A stretch of 26,721 nt of DNA from Sphaerodactylus townsendi (lineage: Eukaryota): assembly GCF_021028975.2 (NCBI RefSeq). It is one part of the record NC_059439.1 of this genome. The stretch is one strand, 5' to 3'. Made by a program: the position numbers and the translations under genes. Below the pieces are notes generated by a model. It was not told the origin of the DNA, did not search any database, and saw only the letters and a program-made list of their open reading frames with translations. Of this stretch, positions 8,964 to 19,050 are shown in pieces. How positions within the stretch are numbered: the first letter of the stretch is position 1; every line of letters begins with the position of its first letter.

Positions 8964-10613
8964 GAGAATGCTGCTAGAACACGGCCAGACAGCCCGGAAA
9001 CCACACAGCACCCCAGTGATTCCGGCCATGCAAGCCTTCGACAATACACTTTCACAATTGTTTGCAAGTGGATTTTGCTCTTCCGCACAGTAAAATCCAG
9101 CTGCGGGGTGCATTGAACGTGGATTGAAAGTGCATTATTCCGCATGTGCGGAAGGAGCCTAGAATAGAATACTTTATTTACGGTCAATGACCAAATATGA
9201 AGGAACCTAAGAAAAGCACAGCGTTCCCCAGCCCATTTTCTAGCAATTGCTTTGAACATTCAATGCACTAATTGACATAAAATTTACATGGTTTAGTGCT
9301 AGACTAGAGGTGACTCCCTAACCCCCCCAAAAGTGCCAGGCAACTTCCCCAGATCGAGATTGAATGGGAAAGACAAGGAAGCGGTGGGAGGGCAAAATGG
9401 CGGCTCAGCTCGGGACGCTTCACAGCAGGAAAATCCATGCGTAAACTAAAAACCATGACAAGATCTCCCAGTGAAGCACAGCCACTGCGTAAGTAGTGCA
9501 TGTGTAACCCCCATGCTCAGAATGGGTTGACCCAGAAAGGGGTGGAGACTCAAAGCAGCAGAAGGCTGCAGAGCTCATGTAGTTTGGAGGAGACAAGGCT
9601 ACCAGACTCGGACCTTGGTTGTATAAGCCCTTAGCACCTTGTTAAGGTAACTGCAATGTTGTTGGGAACTACTGAAAAGGTAGTTGTTTATTTTTGCTAT
9701 GTTGTAAATGTTGGAGTTTATTGTTTCAGGGTTTCTTTTTGTGGTTGTAATGGGTGAGAGTTCTCCTGGAAACCTTCATCACGTTGAATCCTGTTCACCA
9801 AGCCCTTGGAGTCTTCAGGAGCCAACCCACTTGCAAAGAAGAATTGGACTTGGCAGTATCAGTAGACTGTAAATATAAGGACTTGAAAATGCAACCTGAA
9901 CAGGACCTTGAAGTGTGATGTTAAATGTTGATGTTTGATGTTATATGTTAAGAAAGTAAAGCATTTTGTTTTTAAAATTTGTTGTTGCAAACTCATTCCA
10001 AGTTCTGCCCCACAGAACCCACAGTTAGAGGTTACACATGCATACACGGGAACAGAGAGGATGACATGGATACTATTGAAACTCTAACTTACGGAATATC
10101 TAGTGTTTCCCTTGTTACAGAATGACATATTTTCTTCCTTTGTTTATGCTTATATTCATACTGCTCCTTTTCATACCCTTATTATCCATCACATTTTTAA
10201 AAAATCCCATCCTTCCTCCAATGAGCTCAGGACAGCACACACAGTCCTTCTCTGCTCTTTTCATTCTCACAACAACCCTGCGGAGTAGGTCACATGCAAC
10301 TCGTTCAGAATCCCCCCGTGAACATCGTGGCTTAAGCGAGGGCTTGAATTTTGTCCCCCACCCCAGTTTCAGAAAGCCAGTGACATCATTATAAATATTT
10401 TCTCGTAAAGCTTTGAATGTTTTGAAAAAGAAAGTCGTTCAGCTTTGTAGTGTAGACATGGTCACGGCGCCTCTCCAGAGGCCAAGTGTTTCATGCGAGG
10501 ATGAGGAAACAGTCCTCACAGACGGAATCCTGCGTCGAAAATTACAGTGAGTTGGTTAAAGAGGGGCTTAAATCTGGCACAGAAGGGTTGACCCATTGCC
10601 TGCCCTCTGGGTC

Positions 10614-11675
10614 TTAGTCAAGCCCATCGCAACCTCCTAGCGGCTGTTCTTCAAGGATCACAGCGGCCCCTGGCACGACCACCACTGAGTCTTTGGCCAA
10701 GTTTTTCAACGATGGAGTTCTCTTAGCCAGCCCCTCAGATGCTCCCTCAAAGAACTGGGCAATGAAGTTGGCCCCCGAGGTCTTTATGAGGTTCCCGGCA
10801 GCAAAGACGTAAAGGACAGGGTTGATGCTACTACTTAAGAAAGCCAAGGCCGTGGCTCCCGCTCTCCCGCTCTTCCAAGCCTGGCTTAGCTGATCAGCGG
10901 TCTTCCCTGACGCCATGTTTGATGCCACCTGGATCATGTTCACCACGTGATAGGGCAGCCACAGGACAACGAAGCAGATCACTATGGCAACAATGAGCTT
11001 CTCGGTCCGAGCCCCTTGCCTTCTCCTCACCCCCCTGAGGCGTATCAAGATGGCGGAGTAGCACCCGAGGATGATGGTGAATGGGATCACGAAGGCCACC
11101 ACCGTTTCTAGGGTGAAATGGAAGATGGCCAGGCCCGGCCTGGTGTGGCAGGGTTCACAGATATGATGACCCAGGAAGGGATCCTTCAACACTTGGCGGA
11201 AGAGGAAGGCTGGGGCGGAGAGCATGCTGGCGGCCAGCCAAATCCCTGTCAGGATCTTGACGACCAAGTGCTTCTTGCGGATGGCTTGGGAGAAGTAGGG
11301 CTTGTTGACCGCGAGGCACCGGTCCACGCTCATGAGCGTGATGATGAAGATGCTGGCGAACATGTTGACGCAGCAAATGTAGTACACGCCTTTGCAAATG
11401 GCCGCCCCGAATAGCCAGTTCTTGAAGGTGAGGAAGAGGATGAAGAAAGGCGTCAGGAGTAGCACCACCCCGTCGGCCACGGCCAAATTGAGCACCAGGA
11501 TGCAGGTGACCGAGCGGTGGCTCGGTTTCATCTTCCACAGGATACTCCAGATGACAAAGAAGTTCCCTGGGAGGCCGATCAGGGCGGCCAAGAGGAGGAA
11601 GACGATCCCTGCGACGCTGGAGGTTGGGGAACTCAGGAGGGTGCTGTTTCCTGAGGTTTGGTTGCAAGGGTTCAT
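10614..11675 (-). CDS. LTB4R2: Leukotriene B4 receptor 2-like class A GPCR (353 aa, single coding exon)
   Basis: Seven hydrophobic helices with GLPGN, LAVAD, DRC, FVIPF, LWLPY and NPVLY motifs. The segments FLLLAALIGLPGN, K-VYY-C, LET--AFV-PF and RAG-TALAF-SSS-NPVLYVF-AG resemble mammalian BLT2 more than BLT1. ATG at 11675 in GCCATCATG context. N-terminal sequons NQT and NST. Confidence 0.88.
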   Translation of the reverse strand: MNPCNQTSGNSTLLSSPTSSVAGIVFLLLAALIGLPGNFFVIWSILWKMKPSHRSVTCILVLNLAVADGVVLLLTPFFILFLTFKNWLFGAAICKGVYYICCVNMFASIFIITLMSVDRCLAVNKPYFSQAIRKKHLVVKILTGIWLAASMLSAPAFLFRQVLKDPFLGHHICEPCHTRPGLAIFHFTLETVVAFVIPFTIILGCYSAILIRLRGVRRRQGARTEKLIVAIVICFVVLWLPYHVVNMIQVASNMASGKTADQLSQAWKSGRAGATALAFLSSSINPVLYVFAAGNLIKTSGANFIAQFFEGASEGLAKRTPSLKNLAKDSVVVVPGAAVILEEQPLGGCDGLD

Positions 11676-11703
11676 GATGGCCGCGGGCGGAAGGGACGAT
11701 GCC

Positions 11704-11730
11704 CTGTCAGAAAGGAGAAAGGCAAGAAGG
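11704..11730 (-). other. Splice acceptor for the LTB4R2-like coding exon
   Basis: The minus strand reads CCTTCTTGCCTTTCTCCTTTCTGACAG|GGC, 28 nt upstream of the ATG. This implies one or more upstream 5'UTR exons. Confidence 0.75.
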
Positions 11731-12057
11731 TTTAGAAACACAATGCTGGAAGCCCCCCTCCACCTCCCAGTTCTGTGAATGGAACAAATTATATTATTTT
11801 CCCTTGAGTGAAGGCATTTGGCTTGTTTTTATTTTGTGTTGGCCTCCTTCTCACATTTCTCTGTCACCCTTCATCCAAGACATTCCAGGTGGAAGGCAAC
11901 ATTTTTCTCTCTTTCCATTTTAGTCTCTGTGAGGTGGTTGAGGCTGAGGTAAAGTTGCCAGCTTAGGGTGGGTAAATTCCTGGTGATTTTGGGGGTGGAG
12001 CTTGGGGAGGGGCAGGGTTTGGGGAGGGGAGAGTCTTCAGTGGGGTATAAGGTCATA

Positions 12058-12892
12058 GAACATAAGAACATAAGAACAAGCAAGATGGATCAGACCAGAG
12101 TCCATCTAGTCCAGCTCTCTGCTACTCACAGTGGCCCACCAGGTGCCATTGGGAGCTCACGTGCAGGATGGGAAAGCAATGGCCTTCTGCTGCTGCTGCT
12201 GCTCCCAAGTACCTGGTCTGTTAAGGCATTTGCAATCTCAGATCAAAGAGGATCAAGATTGGTAGCCATAGATCGACTTCTCCTCCATAAATCTGTCCAA
12301 ACCCCTTTTAAAGCTATCCAGGTGAGTGGCCATCACCACCTCCTGTGGCAGCATATTCCAAACACCAATCACACGTTGCGTGAAGAAGTGTTTCCTCTTA
12401 TTAGTCCTAATTCTTCCCCCCAGCATTTTTAAGTGGATGCCCCCTGGTTCTAGTATTGTGAGAAAGAGAGAAAAATTTCTCCCTGTCAACATTTTCTACC
12501 CCATGCATAATTTTATAGACTTCAATCATATCCCCCCTCAGACGTCTCCTCTCCAAACTAAAGAGTCCCAAACGCTGCAGCCTCTCCTCATAAGGAAGGT
12601 GCTCCAATCCTTCAATCATCCTCGTTGCCCTTCTCTGCACTTTTTCTATCTCCTCAATATCCTTTTTGAGATGTGGCGACCAGAACTGAACACAGTACTC
12701 CAAGTGCGGTCGCACCACTGCTTTATATAAGGGCATGACAATCTTTGCAGTTTTATTCTCAATTCCTTTCCTAATGATCCCCAGCATAGAGTTTGCCTTT
12801 TTCACAGCTGCCATGCATTGAGTTGACATTCCCATGGAACTATCAACTAAGACGCCCAAATCCCTTTCCTGGTCTGTGACTGATAGCACTGA
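12058..12892 (-). mobile_element. Young CR1 LINE 3' fragment (frameshifted ORF2 C-terminus), nested in an older GTTGCCA-type MITE (~11952-12940)
   Basis: ERDLGVLVD...AAVKKANSMLGII...LYKAVVRPHLEYCVQFWSPH...LERRRLRGDMIEVYKI. (TTCTTATG)n tail. Confidence 0.95.
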
Positions 12893-13419
12893 TAAGACTG
12901 ATAGCATAGTGTCCACCCTCAAAGTCAGCCATTTTCTTCAACGGTCTAATTCTCCAATGATCTAACTCAGTGTAAGGCAGCTTCAAGTGTGCCCCAGAGG
13001 TAAGGCAGAAGTACCTAGGAGCAGTGAGGGAGGGAGCTCAGTGAAGATGCAGTGCCCACTGTCCACTCTAGGGCTTCTGTTATTCCTAAACTCAGTGGTA
13101 TACCATAGAGTCTGGTCTTTGAAGCTGCCATTTCCTCCAGGGGAACCAAACTCTGTAGCCTGGAGAGCAGTTGTAATTTCTCCAGAACTTCAGCCCTCCC
13201 CTGGAAACTCGGTAACTCATAGTTCAGCTGAAGGTGCCAAACCAAAAAGTGGAGTGGTTACATCACTTCTGAGCCCTTTGTGATCGCTACAAAACAACAG
13301 CACAAAGACAAAGTCTGTCATTTGAAGGGACGTGTTTGTCATGACCCAACCAGGATTGCTGAGGAAAAACATTGCAACATGCTAGTATAAAAGCTGAGGG
13401 TGTTGTAATTTGGTAATAT

Positions 13420-13500
13420 TACAAAAGACCAGTGTCATTGGAAAAGACAATAATGCTAGGAAAAGTTGAAGGCAGCAGAAAATGAGGAAGACAATGGATC
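13420..13500 (+). mobile_element. RTE/BovB-like LINE fragment
   Basis: TCATTGGAAAAGACAATAATGCTAGGAAAAGTTGAAGGC reads SLEKTIMLGKVEG, typical of the RTE-BovB ORF end. Confidence 0.65.
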
Positions 13501-13589
13501 ACACCGAGACCCTGTGTGGTCGCAACTTTATGGTGTGGCATTGGGATTTTGCAACCATTTTCAGTTATTTCTGACTTGCAACTGCTTAA

Positions 13590-14160
13590 AAGGAAGGATA
13601 CTTTTGGGGAATCTGAAAGCTACTTCTTATTAACTAAAAGGGGCATTAAGTAGATTAGCCCGAATAATTGTGTAGAAAGGACAATAAAAGGGAACATGGG
13701 CTATGGATTCTATGCAATTCTTTTTGCTCCACACTGGCTCTTTCCGCTCCATTGGCATTGCTAATAATTGTATCTAGCAGCTAAAAGAACTTGCTCTCCC
13801 ACACAATTTTTAATCCCATTCGAGCAGGGTCGCATGGCCCACTACTTACATTTTCTAACTAACCCCTGCTCAAGGAGAGCCTTCACAATTGCTAGATTCA
13901 ATGTCATGCCCTCTGCCTTACTACATGGCAGGTTTAAAAACCTGGAAAAATCTAAAAGGTTATGTAGCTGTAATTCTAACGTAGTTGAAACATTGGCTTA
14001 CCAGCTATTACATTGCACCAAATTTGCTAAAATTAGATCTAAAGATGTCAATCTACATCCTCTCTTCCAATCCCAGTTAACAGATTTGATTAGATTATTT
14101 CTCTTGTTGAATAACTCTGATTTGTTGCTGTTGTTCTATTTAGCCAATAAAGGCTTTGCT
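13590..14160 (+). mobile_element. Degenerate non-LTR retrotransposon ORF2 C-terminus (RTEX-like)
   Basis: RRAFTIARFNVMPSALLHGRF...RLCSCNSNVVETLAYQLLHC, a C-x-C...E...C zinc-knuckle-like end. Boundaries are approximate. Confidence 0.6.
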
Positions 14161-14316
14161 TTGCTTGCTTGCTAATAATTATTATCATTCACACGAGGAC
14201 ACGAGTTCCAAATCTATTACCTCATATGCTGTGTTTGGTTGAGGATTTTTGTAAAAAAAAATTCTGTGGTATTTGCAGAAATGGATATTGATTGGGATAT
14301 TGCAGAATGGGATTTA

Positions 14317-14457
14317 GGCCCCTTCCGCACACGCAAAATAATGCATTTTCAAACCACTTTCACAACAGTTTGCAAATGGATTTTGCTATTCCGCACAGCT
14401 TCAAAGAGCACAGAGAGCAGTTTGACAGTGCATTATTCTGCATGTGCGGAATTAGCC
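14317..14457. mobile_element. Harbinger-like MITE
   Basis: Near-identical to 4203-4343. Flanks TTA/ATA. Confidence 0.85.
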
Positions 14458-14702
14458 ATAGATTGACTTTACAGTTTGCCTTTCTCGTAGACTCAAGGCA
14501 GATTACAAAATTATAAAGAAAGCACTCGGAATAGTATAAAACAAACAATAAGCAGTGTAAGAAGGCTGGATTACGAAGATAGAAAAGAGTGCTATAAAAG
14601 CAGCGTAAGACAAATAAGAAATACAAAGACTGGATTTCAGAAATGAGAAAACATGGCAGTGAGAACAGGATCCCGTAGGTGTGTAAAGTTCTGTCAATTC
14701 AC

Positions 14703-14787
14703 AGGGAGAGGAAGGGAAAGGAGCTTGTGAGCCACCTTGAGTCTCCTCACAGGTAGGGTATAAACCCAAACTCTTCTTCCTCTTCTT
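14703..14787 (+). mobile_element. Squam3-like SINE 3' fragment
   Basis: GGGAGAGGAAGGGAAAGGAGCTTG...AAACTCTTCTTC tail. Confidence 0.75.
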
Positions 14788-14794
14788 GCGATGC

Positions 14795-14965
14795 CATAGA
14801 CTTTTCAAGGCAAGAGATGAACAGCGGTGGTTTTGCCATAACCTTTCTCATAGCAACCCCAGACTTCCTTACTGGTCACCAATTCAAGCAGTGACCTAGG
14901 CCGACCCTGTTTAACTTCTGAGGGCTGATAAGATCAAGCTCACTTAGGCCCTTCAGGTCAGGGCG
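14795..14965 (-). mobile_element. 5S rRNA-derived SINE (5S-Sauria-like)
   Basis: The minus strand GATCTTATCAGCCCTCAGAAGTTAAACAGGGTCGGCCTAGG resembles 5S rRNA GATCTCGTCTGATCTCGGAAGCTAAGCAGGGTCGGGCCTGG. An RTE-like GGCAAAACCAC tail follows. Confidence 0.6.
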
Positions 14966-15380
14966 AGATAATGTACACAAATGCAAATAACAAATAGTCT
15001 TGGCAAGCCAGCCTCCAGAAAGACTGAAGGAATCATGCTTTCCCTTGATATTCCCGCTGTCCCTTCCACATTTCCCTGCTGTTATGTTTAAAAGNNNNNN
15101 NNNNNNNNNNNNNNNNNNNNNNNNNNNNNNNNNNNNNNNNNNNNNNNNNNNNNNNNNNNNNNNNNNNNNNNNNNNNNNNNNNNNNNNNNNNNNNNNNNNN
15201 NNNNNNNNNNNNNNNNNNNNNNNNNNNNNNNNNNNNNNNNNNNNNNNNNNNNNNNNNNNNNNNNNNNNNNNNNNNNNNNNNNNNNNNNNNNNNNNNNNNN
15301 NNNNNNNNNNNNNNNNNNNNNNNNNNNNNNNNNNNNNNNNNNNNNNNNNNNNNNNNNNNNNNNNNNNNNNNNNNNNNNNT

Positions 15381-15586
15381 AGCATTGGGGAAACAAATCC
15401 AGTTCACCAGAGAAGAGTCCACTCCTCAAGTGGAGGAGTGAGGAATCAAACCTGATTCTCCAGATTAGGCACAAATTTGGCCAGGAGAAGAAGAAGAAGA
15501 GTTTGGATTTATATTCCCCTTTCTGTCCTGTAGGAGACTCAAAGGGGCTTACAATCTCTTTGCCCTTCCCCCTCACAACAAACACC
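15381..15586 (-). mobile_element. Two Squam3-like SINE fragments (15381-15467 and 15484-15586)
   Basis: Both match parts of the full-length copies. Confidence 0.8.
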
Positions 15587-16200
15587 CAATAATCATCATC
15601 CTAACTCCGTCTGCCAATGGGGCCAGCGGGCATTCGTTCCGCTCGAGGGAGAAAAGACTTACATGAGGACCGACCGCTGTCTGGTGCAATCCGGAGAGAG
15701 GTTCTCTGGTCACCTCCAGCCTGTCATTCCCCTTCTTGGAGGAAAAGAAAAGTCTCCCTCTTTGAGAGTCTCTGTCCTGGATGCTTTGCACGTCTAGACT
15801 GGAAGCTGGAATGAGGTTGGGTAATGGAAGAGCAGGGAGGGGCCGGCAGGCTGGCTTTGGCACCGACCTCTGGGGTTTCAGTCACCACTCACATCTTGAC
15901 TTCCAAGTTGGGACTTGCTGGAGGGAGAAGGCCACACCCCAGTTGCTGAGTGGCTTGTGAGTCTCTGGCACAGCTCTGCCGTTCTTGTCGGATCCTTTCA
16001 TTCACAGAAAAGAACACGAGCCGTGCCCGGGATGGAAGTGGCTAGACCACAAGAGGATGGGTGCTCGGGGCTGATAAAAGGGCCCATCGGAACCATTGGG
16101 AGGAGGTGTTCTGGAATAAACAGACGACATACTGCAGCATGTAAGAAGAGCCTTGCTGGGTCAGACCAAGGGTCTGTGGAGTGCAGCCTCGTCGTTCTCA

Positions 16201-16335
16201 TAGGGTTGCCAAGATCCAGGTGGGGGCTGGAGAGCTCCTAGAATTACAGCTGATCTCTCTCAATGACAGAGATCAATTCCCCTGTAGGAAAATGGCTTCT
16301 TCAGAGGGTGGCCTCTATGGCATTTGACCCTGCTG
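16201..16335. mobile_element. TAGGGTTGCCA-terminated hAT-like MITE fragment (relatives at ~3330-3540, 13080-13230 and 19143-19360)
   Basis: Shared GATCA-T-CCCCTGGAGAAAATGGC...GAGGGTGG-CTCTATGGCA-type core across the copies. Confidence 0.6.
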
Positions 16336-16656
16336 GGGTCCCGGGAAGGAGGAGGGGTGTGGCTGGACCTTGGCGCAACGTGTGCACGCCACCCAGGCAG
16401 GCCTTGGCCCAGGCACTGCACGCACGTTGCGCCGAGGCCCAGCTGTACCCCGTCTCCTTCCCTGAAGTGTGGGGGTGATTTTTCTGCCTTTATGTGACTC
16501 CCATGTGGGCACTTGAGGCGTTTGTATCCAGATGTCCGCATGGCAGCTACGCCACTGGCATACACCACATAGGTTACGTCTAGGTGCATCATGTACAAGG
16601 CAGAAGGATTGGATCCACCAAGCAAATACCCACCTGTGCCCGTTCCCTTGTGTTCC

Positions 16657-17421
16657 ATGGGAATGTCAACTCAATGCATGGCAGCTGTGAAAAAGGCAAA
16701 CTCTCTGCTGGGGATCATTAGGAAAGGAATTGAGAATAAAACTGCAAGGATTGTCATGCCCTTATATAAAGCAGTGGTGCGACCGCACTTGGAGTACTGT
16801 GTTCAGTTCTGGTCGCCACATCTCAAAAAGGATATTGTAGAAAAAGTGCAGAGAAGGGCAACGAGGATGATTGAGGGACTAGAGCGCCTTCCCTATGAGG
16901 AGAGGCTGCAGCGTTTGGGACTCTTTAGTTTGGAGAGGAGACGTCTGAGGGGGGATAAGATTGAAGTCTATAAAATTATGCATGGGGTAGAAAATGTTGA
17001 CAGAGAGAAATTTTTCTCTCTTTCTCACAATACTAGAACCAGGGGGCATCCATTGAAAATGCTGGGGGGAAGAATTAGGACTAATAACAGGAAACACTTC
17101 TTCACGCAACATGATTGGTGTTTGGAATATGCTGCCACAGGAGGTGGTGATGGCCCCTAACCTGGATAGCTTTAAAAAGGGCTTGGACAGATTTACGGAG
17201 GAGAAGTCGATTTATAGCTACCCATCTTGATCCCCCTTGATCTGAGATTGCAAATGCCTTAACAGTCCAGGTGATCGGGAGCAGCAGCAGCAGCAGGCCC
17301 TTGCTTTCCCATCCTGCATGTGAGCTCCCAAAGGCACCTGGTGGGCCACTACGAGTAGCAGAGCGCTGGACTAGATGGACTCTGGTCTGATCCAGCTGGC
17401 TTGTTCTTATGTTCTTATGTT
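16657..17421 (+). mobile_element. Young CR1 LINE 3' fragment flanked by a 34-bp direct repeat
   Basis: ORF2 C-terminus near-identical to the 12058-12892 copy. Tail TTCTTATGTTCTTATGTT. Repeat at 16623-16656 and 17422-17455. Confidence 0.95.
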
Positions 17422-17991
17422 CAAATACCCACCTGTGCCCGTTCCCTTGTGTTCCCAGTGTAACTGCTAGATGCGGAATCAAACCATCAAACAGTGTTAG
17501 ATCAATGTCCTACTGTTTCCATTATAAAAGCCTATTTGATAGTGACTTTTATCCTTCCCCTCCTGGTTTTTGTGTTAGTGTACGGGGGTTGGATACAGCC
17601 ACTGAGTCATTCTTACAGAAGGATCCGCAAAGGTAGCTCAGCTGAGTCAGTCAGTTTGGAGCAACCGAGGACAGGGCTGAGAAGAGACCGTGGCCTGCGT
17701 CACAAAGCAATTCTTCCATCATTAGGACGGGCGAGGAGTGGAGACCCTGCTGAGGCTGTCTCATTTTCCAGACATTGTCAGTAGGTTCAGAAGGCTTCAT
17801 TTTATCAAAGTGGGCTTTTGTGCACTGGAAAAGCAAACAACTCAGAAAATTGCNNNNNNNNNNNNNNNNNNNNNNNNNNNNNNNNNNNNNNNNNNNNNNN
17901 NNNNNNNNNNNNNNNNNNNNNNNNNNNNNNNNNNNNNNNNNNNNNNNNNNNNNNNNNNNNNNNNNNNNNNNNNNNNNNNNNNNNNNNNNNN

Positions 17992-18276
17992 GGATTTGAT
18001 ATCCCCCCTTTCTCTCCTGCAGGAGACTCAAAGGGGCTCTCACAATCTCCTGTTCCTTCCCCCCTCACAACAAACACCCTGTGAGGTGGGTGGGGCTGAG
18101 AGAGCTCCGAGAAGCTGTGACTAGCCCAAGGTCACCCAGCTGGCATGTGTGGGAGTGCACAGGCTAATCTGAATTCCCCAGATAAGCCTCCACTGCTCAG
18201 GTGGCAGAGCTGGGAATCAAACCCGATTCCTCCGGATTAGATACACGAGCTCTTAACCTCCTACGCCACTGCTGCT
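17992..18276 (-). mobile_element. Squam3-like SINE, second subfamily
   Basis: Head AGCAGCAGTGGCGTAGGAGGTTAAGAGC is shared with the 24099 copy. Confidence 0.85.
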
Positions 18277-18972
18277 GATCGGTCTTGCGCTCCCACCCCC
18301 TGAGAAGACTGATACACCGGAAAATATATCCGCTCGCATGGATATACACTGCCTAATTAAAAATCATTAAAGAAACTTTAATGGCCAATTGATGTAATTT
18401 CAATTCAAATTTATTTAAAATTACAGTCAGAGACCAGCACATACAAAGCCGACTGGTGGATATTACAAGTGTTATTAAAACCAATACAAGGTAAAATCGT
18501 TCCTTGTTAACCTAAAATTCACGATTACATTTCTATTTCTATGCTACAATTGCAAGTAAAACCAGTAAAGCTAAAATACCATTTAAACAATCCATAATAT
18601 CCTTAAAATTCAGGCCTAGTCATAATTTTTTTCTCTTTATTTTTACAGTACCCTGAAGCAAATTTGGCTACTGTTATTTCTTTGTCTGTTCCATTAACCA
18701 AAATTGAGATGACGGTTAGCCAACTGATGTATTAGTTCCCTCTAAGAAAAATCCATGATACAGAAAGTTTGTAGCCATGAACCAGCATCCTCAGACAAGT
18801 CTGAAGTGAGTATTTCATGCTCTAGGCGACGAGGACCCTTTTTTTTGTATTTCATTTTCAGCAAGACTTTGTGTCTATATGTGTGTAAAGCGTTGTCGAG
18901 TCCCAGTCGACTTCTGTTGACTCAGGAGAAAGTTAATGTGCAAGCTGGATTTGATAAATGAATGGAGGGATC

Positions 18973-19050
18973 TCACTTTGGCTGGATAGGAGTATATTGA
19001 GAATGTGAACGGACAGGAAATAGTTGATGACAATCATTCCTTTGGGAGAC
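18973..19050 (-). CDS. Ig-like receptor, candidate terminal cytoplasmic exon (VSQRNDCHQLFPVRSHSQYTPIQPK*)
   Basis: Acceptor TTGCTTTTAATCTTTTTCAG|GTC. Phase 0 matches the TM exon donor. Contains SQYTPI. Confidence 0.5.
   Translation of the reverse strand, partial: VSQRNDCHQLFPVRSHSQYTPIQPK

Larger units (their letters stand above)
8784..9046. mobile_element. Palindromic Penelope-like insertion with a hammerhead motif on each strand
   Basis: 92-bp inverted arms 8787-8878 and 8919-9010 with one mismatch. Terminus AAGCCTTCGACAATA. 14-bp TSD CACTTTCACAATTG (8770-8783 and 9047-9060). Confidence 0.85.
8732..9159. mobile_element. Harbinger-like MITE split by a Penelope-like insertion
   Basis: TIRs at 8732 and 9159. 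Removing 8784-9060 restores a copy colinear with 8012-8141. Confidence 0.85.

Noticed and set aside
8720-9259. 179-aa and 111-aa ORFs with repeated peptides
   Set aside because: They are translations of the palindromic Penelope-like element and MITE. The same peptides recur at 546-1554.
11676-11741. 22-aa N-terminal extension of the GPCR in the ORF track
   Set aside because: It starts at a non-ATG codon and spans the polypyrimidine tract and acceptor at 11704-11730. ATG 11675 is the better start.
11118-11778. Overlapping and antisense ORFs (98, 170 and 128 aa) on the GPCR
   Set aside because: Shadow frames expected from GC-rich codon usage, with no recognisable domains.
14795-14965. Functional 5S rRNA gene, and tRNA genes at SINE heads
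   Set aside because: Too diverged and fused to LINE-derived tails. They are SINE parts.
12253-17160. Reverse-transcriptase-like ORFs as host genes
   Set aside because: They are 5'-truncated, frameshifted CR1 ORF2 ends without the RT catalytic core.
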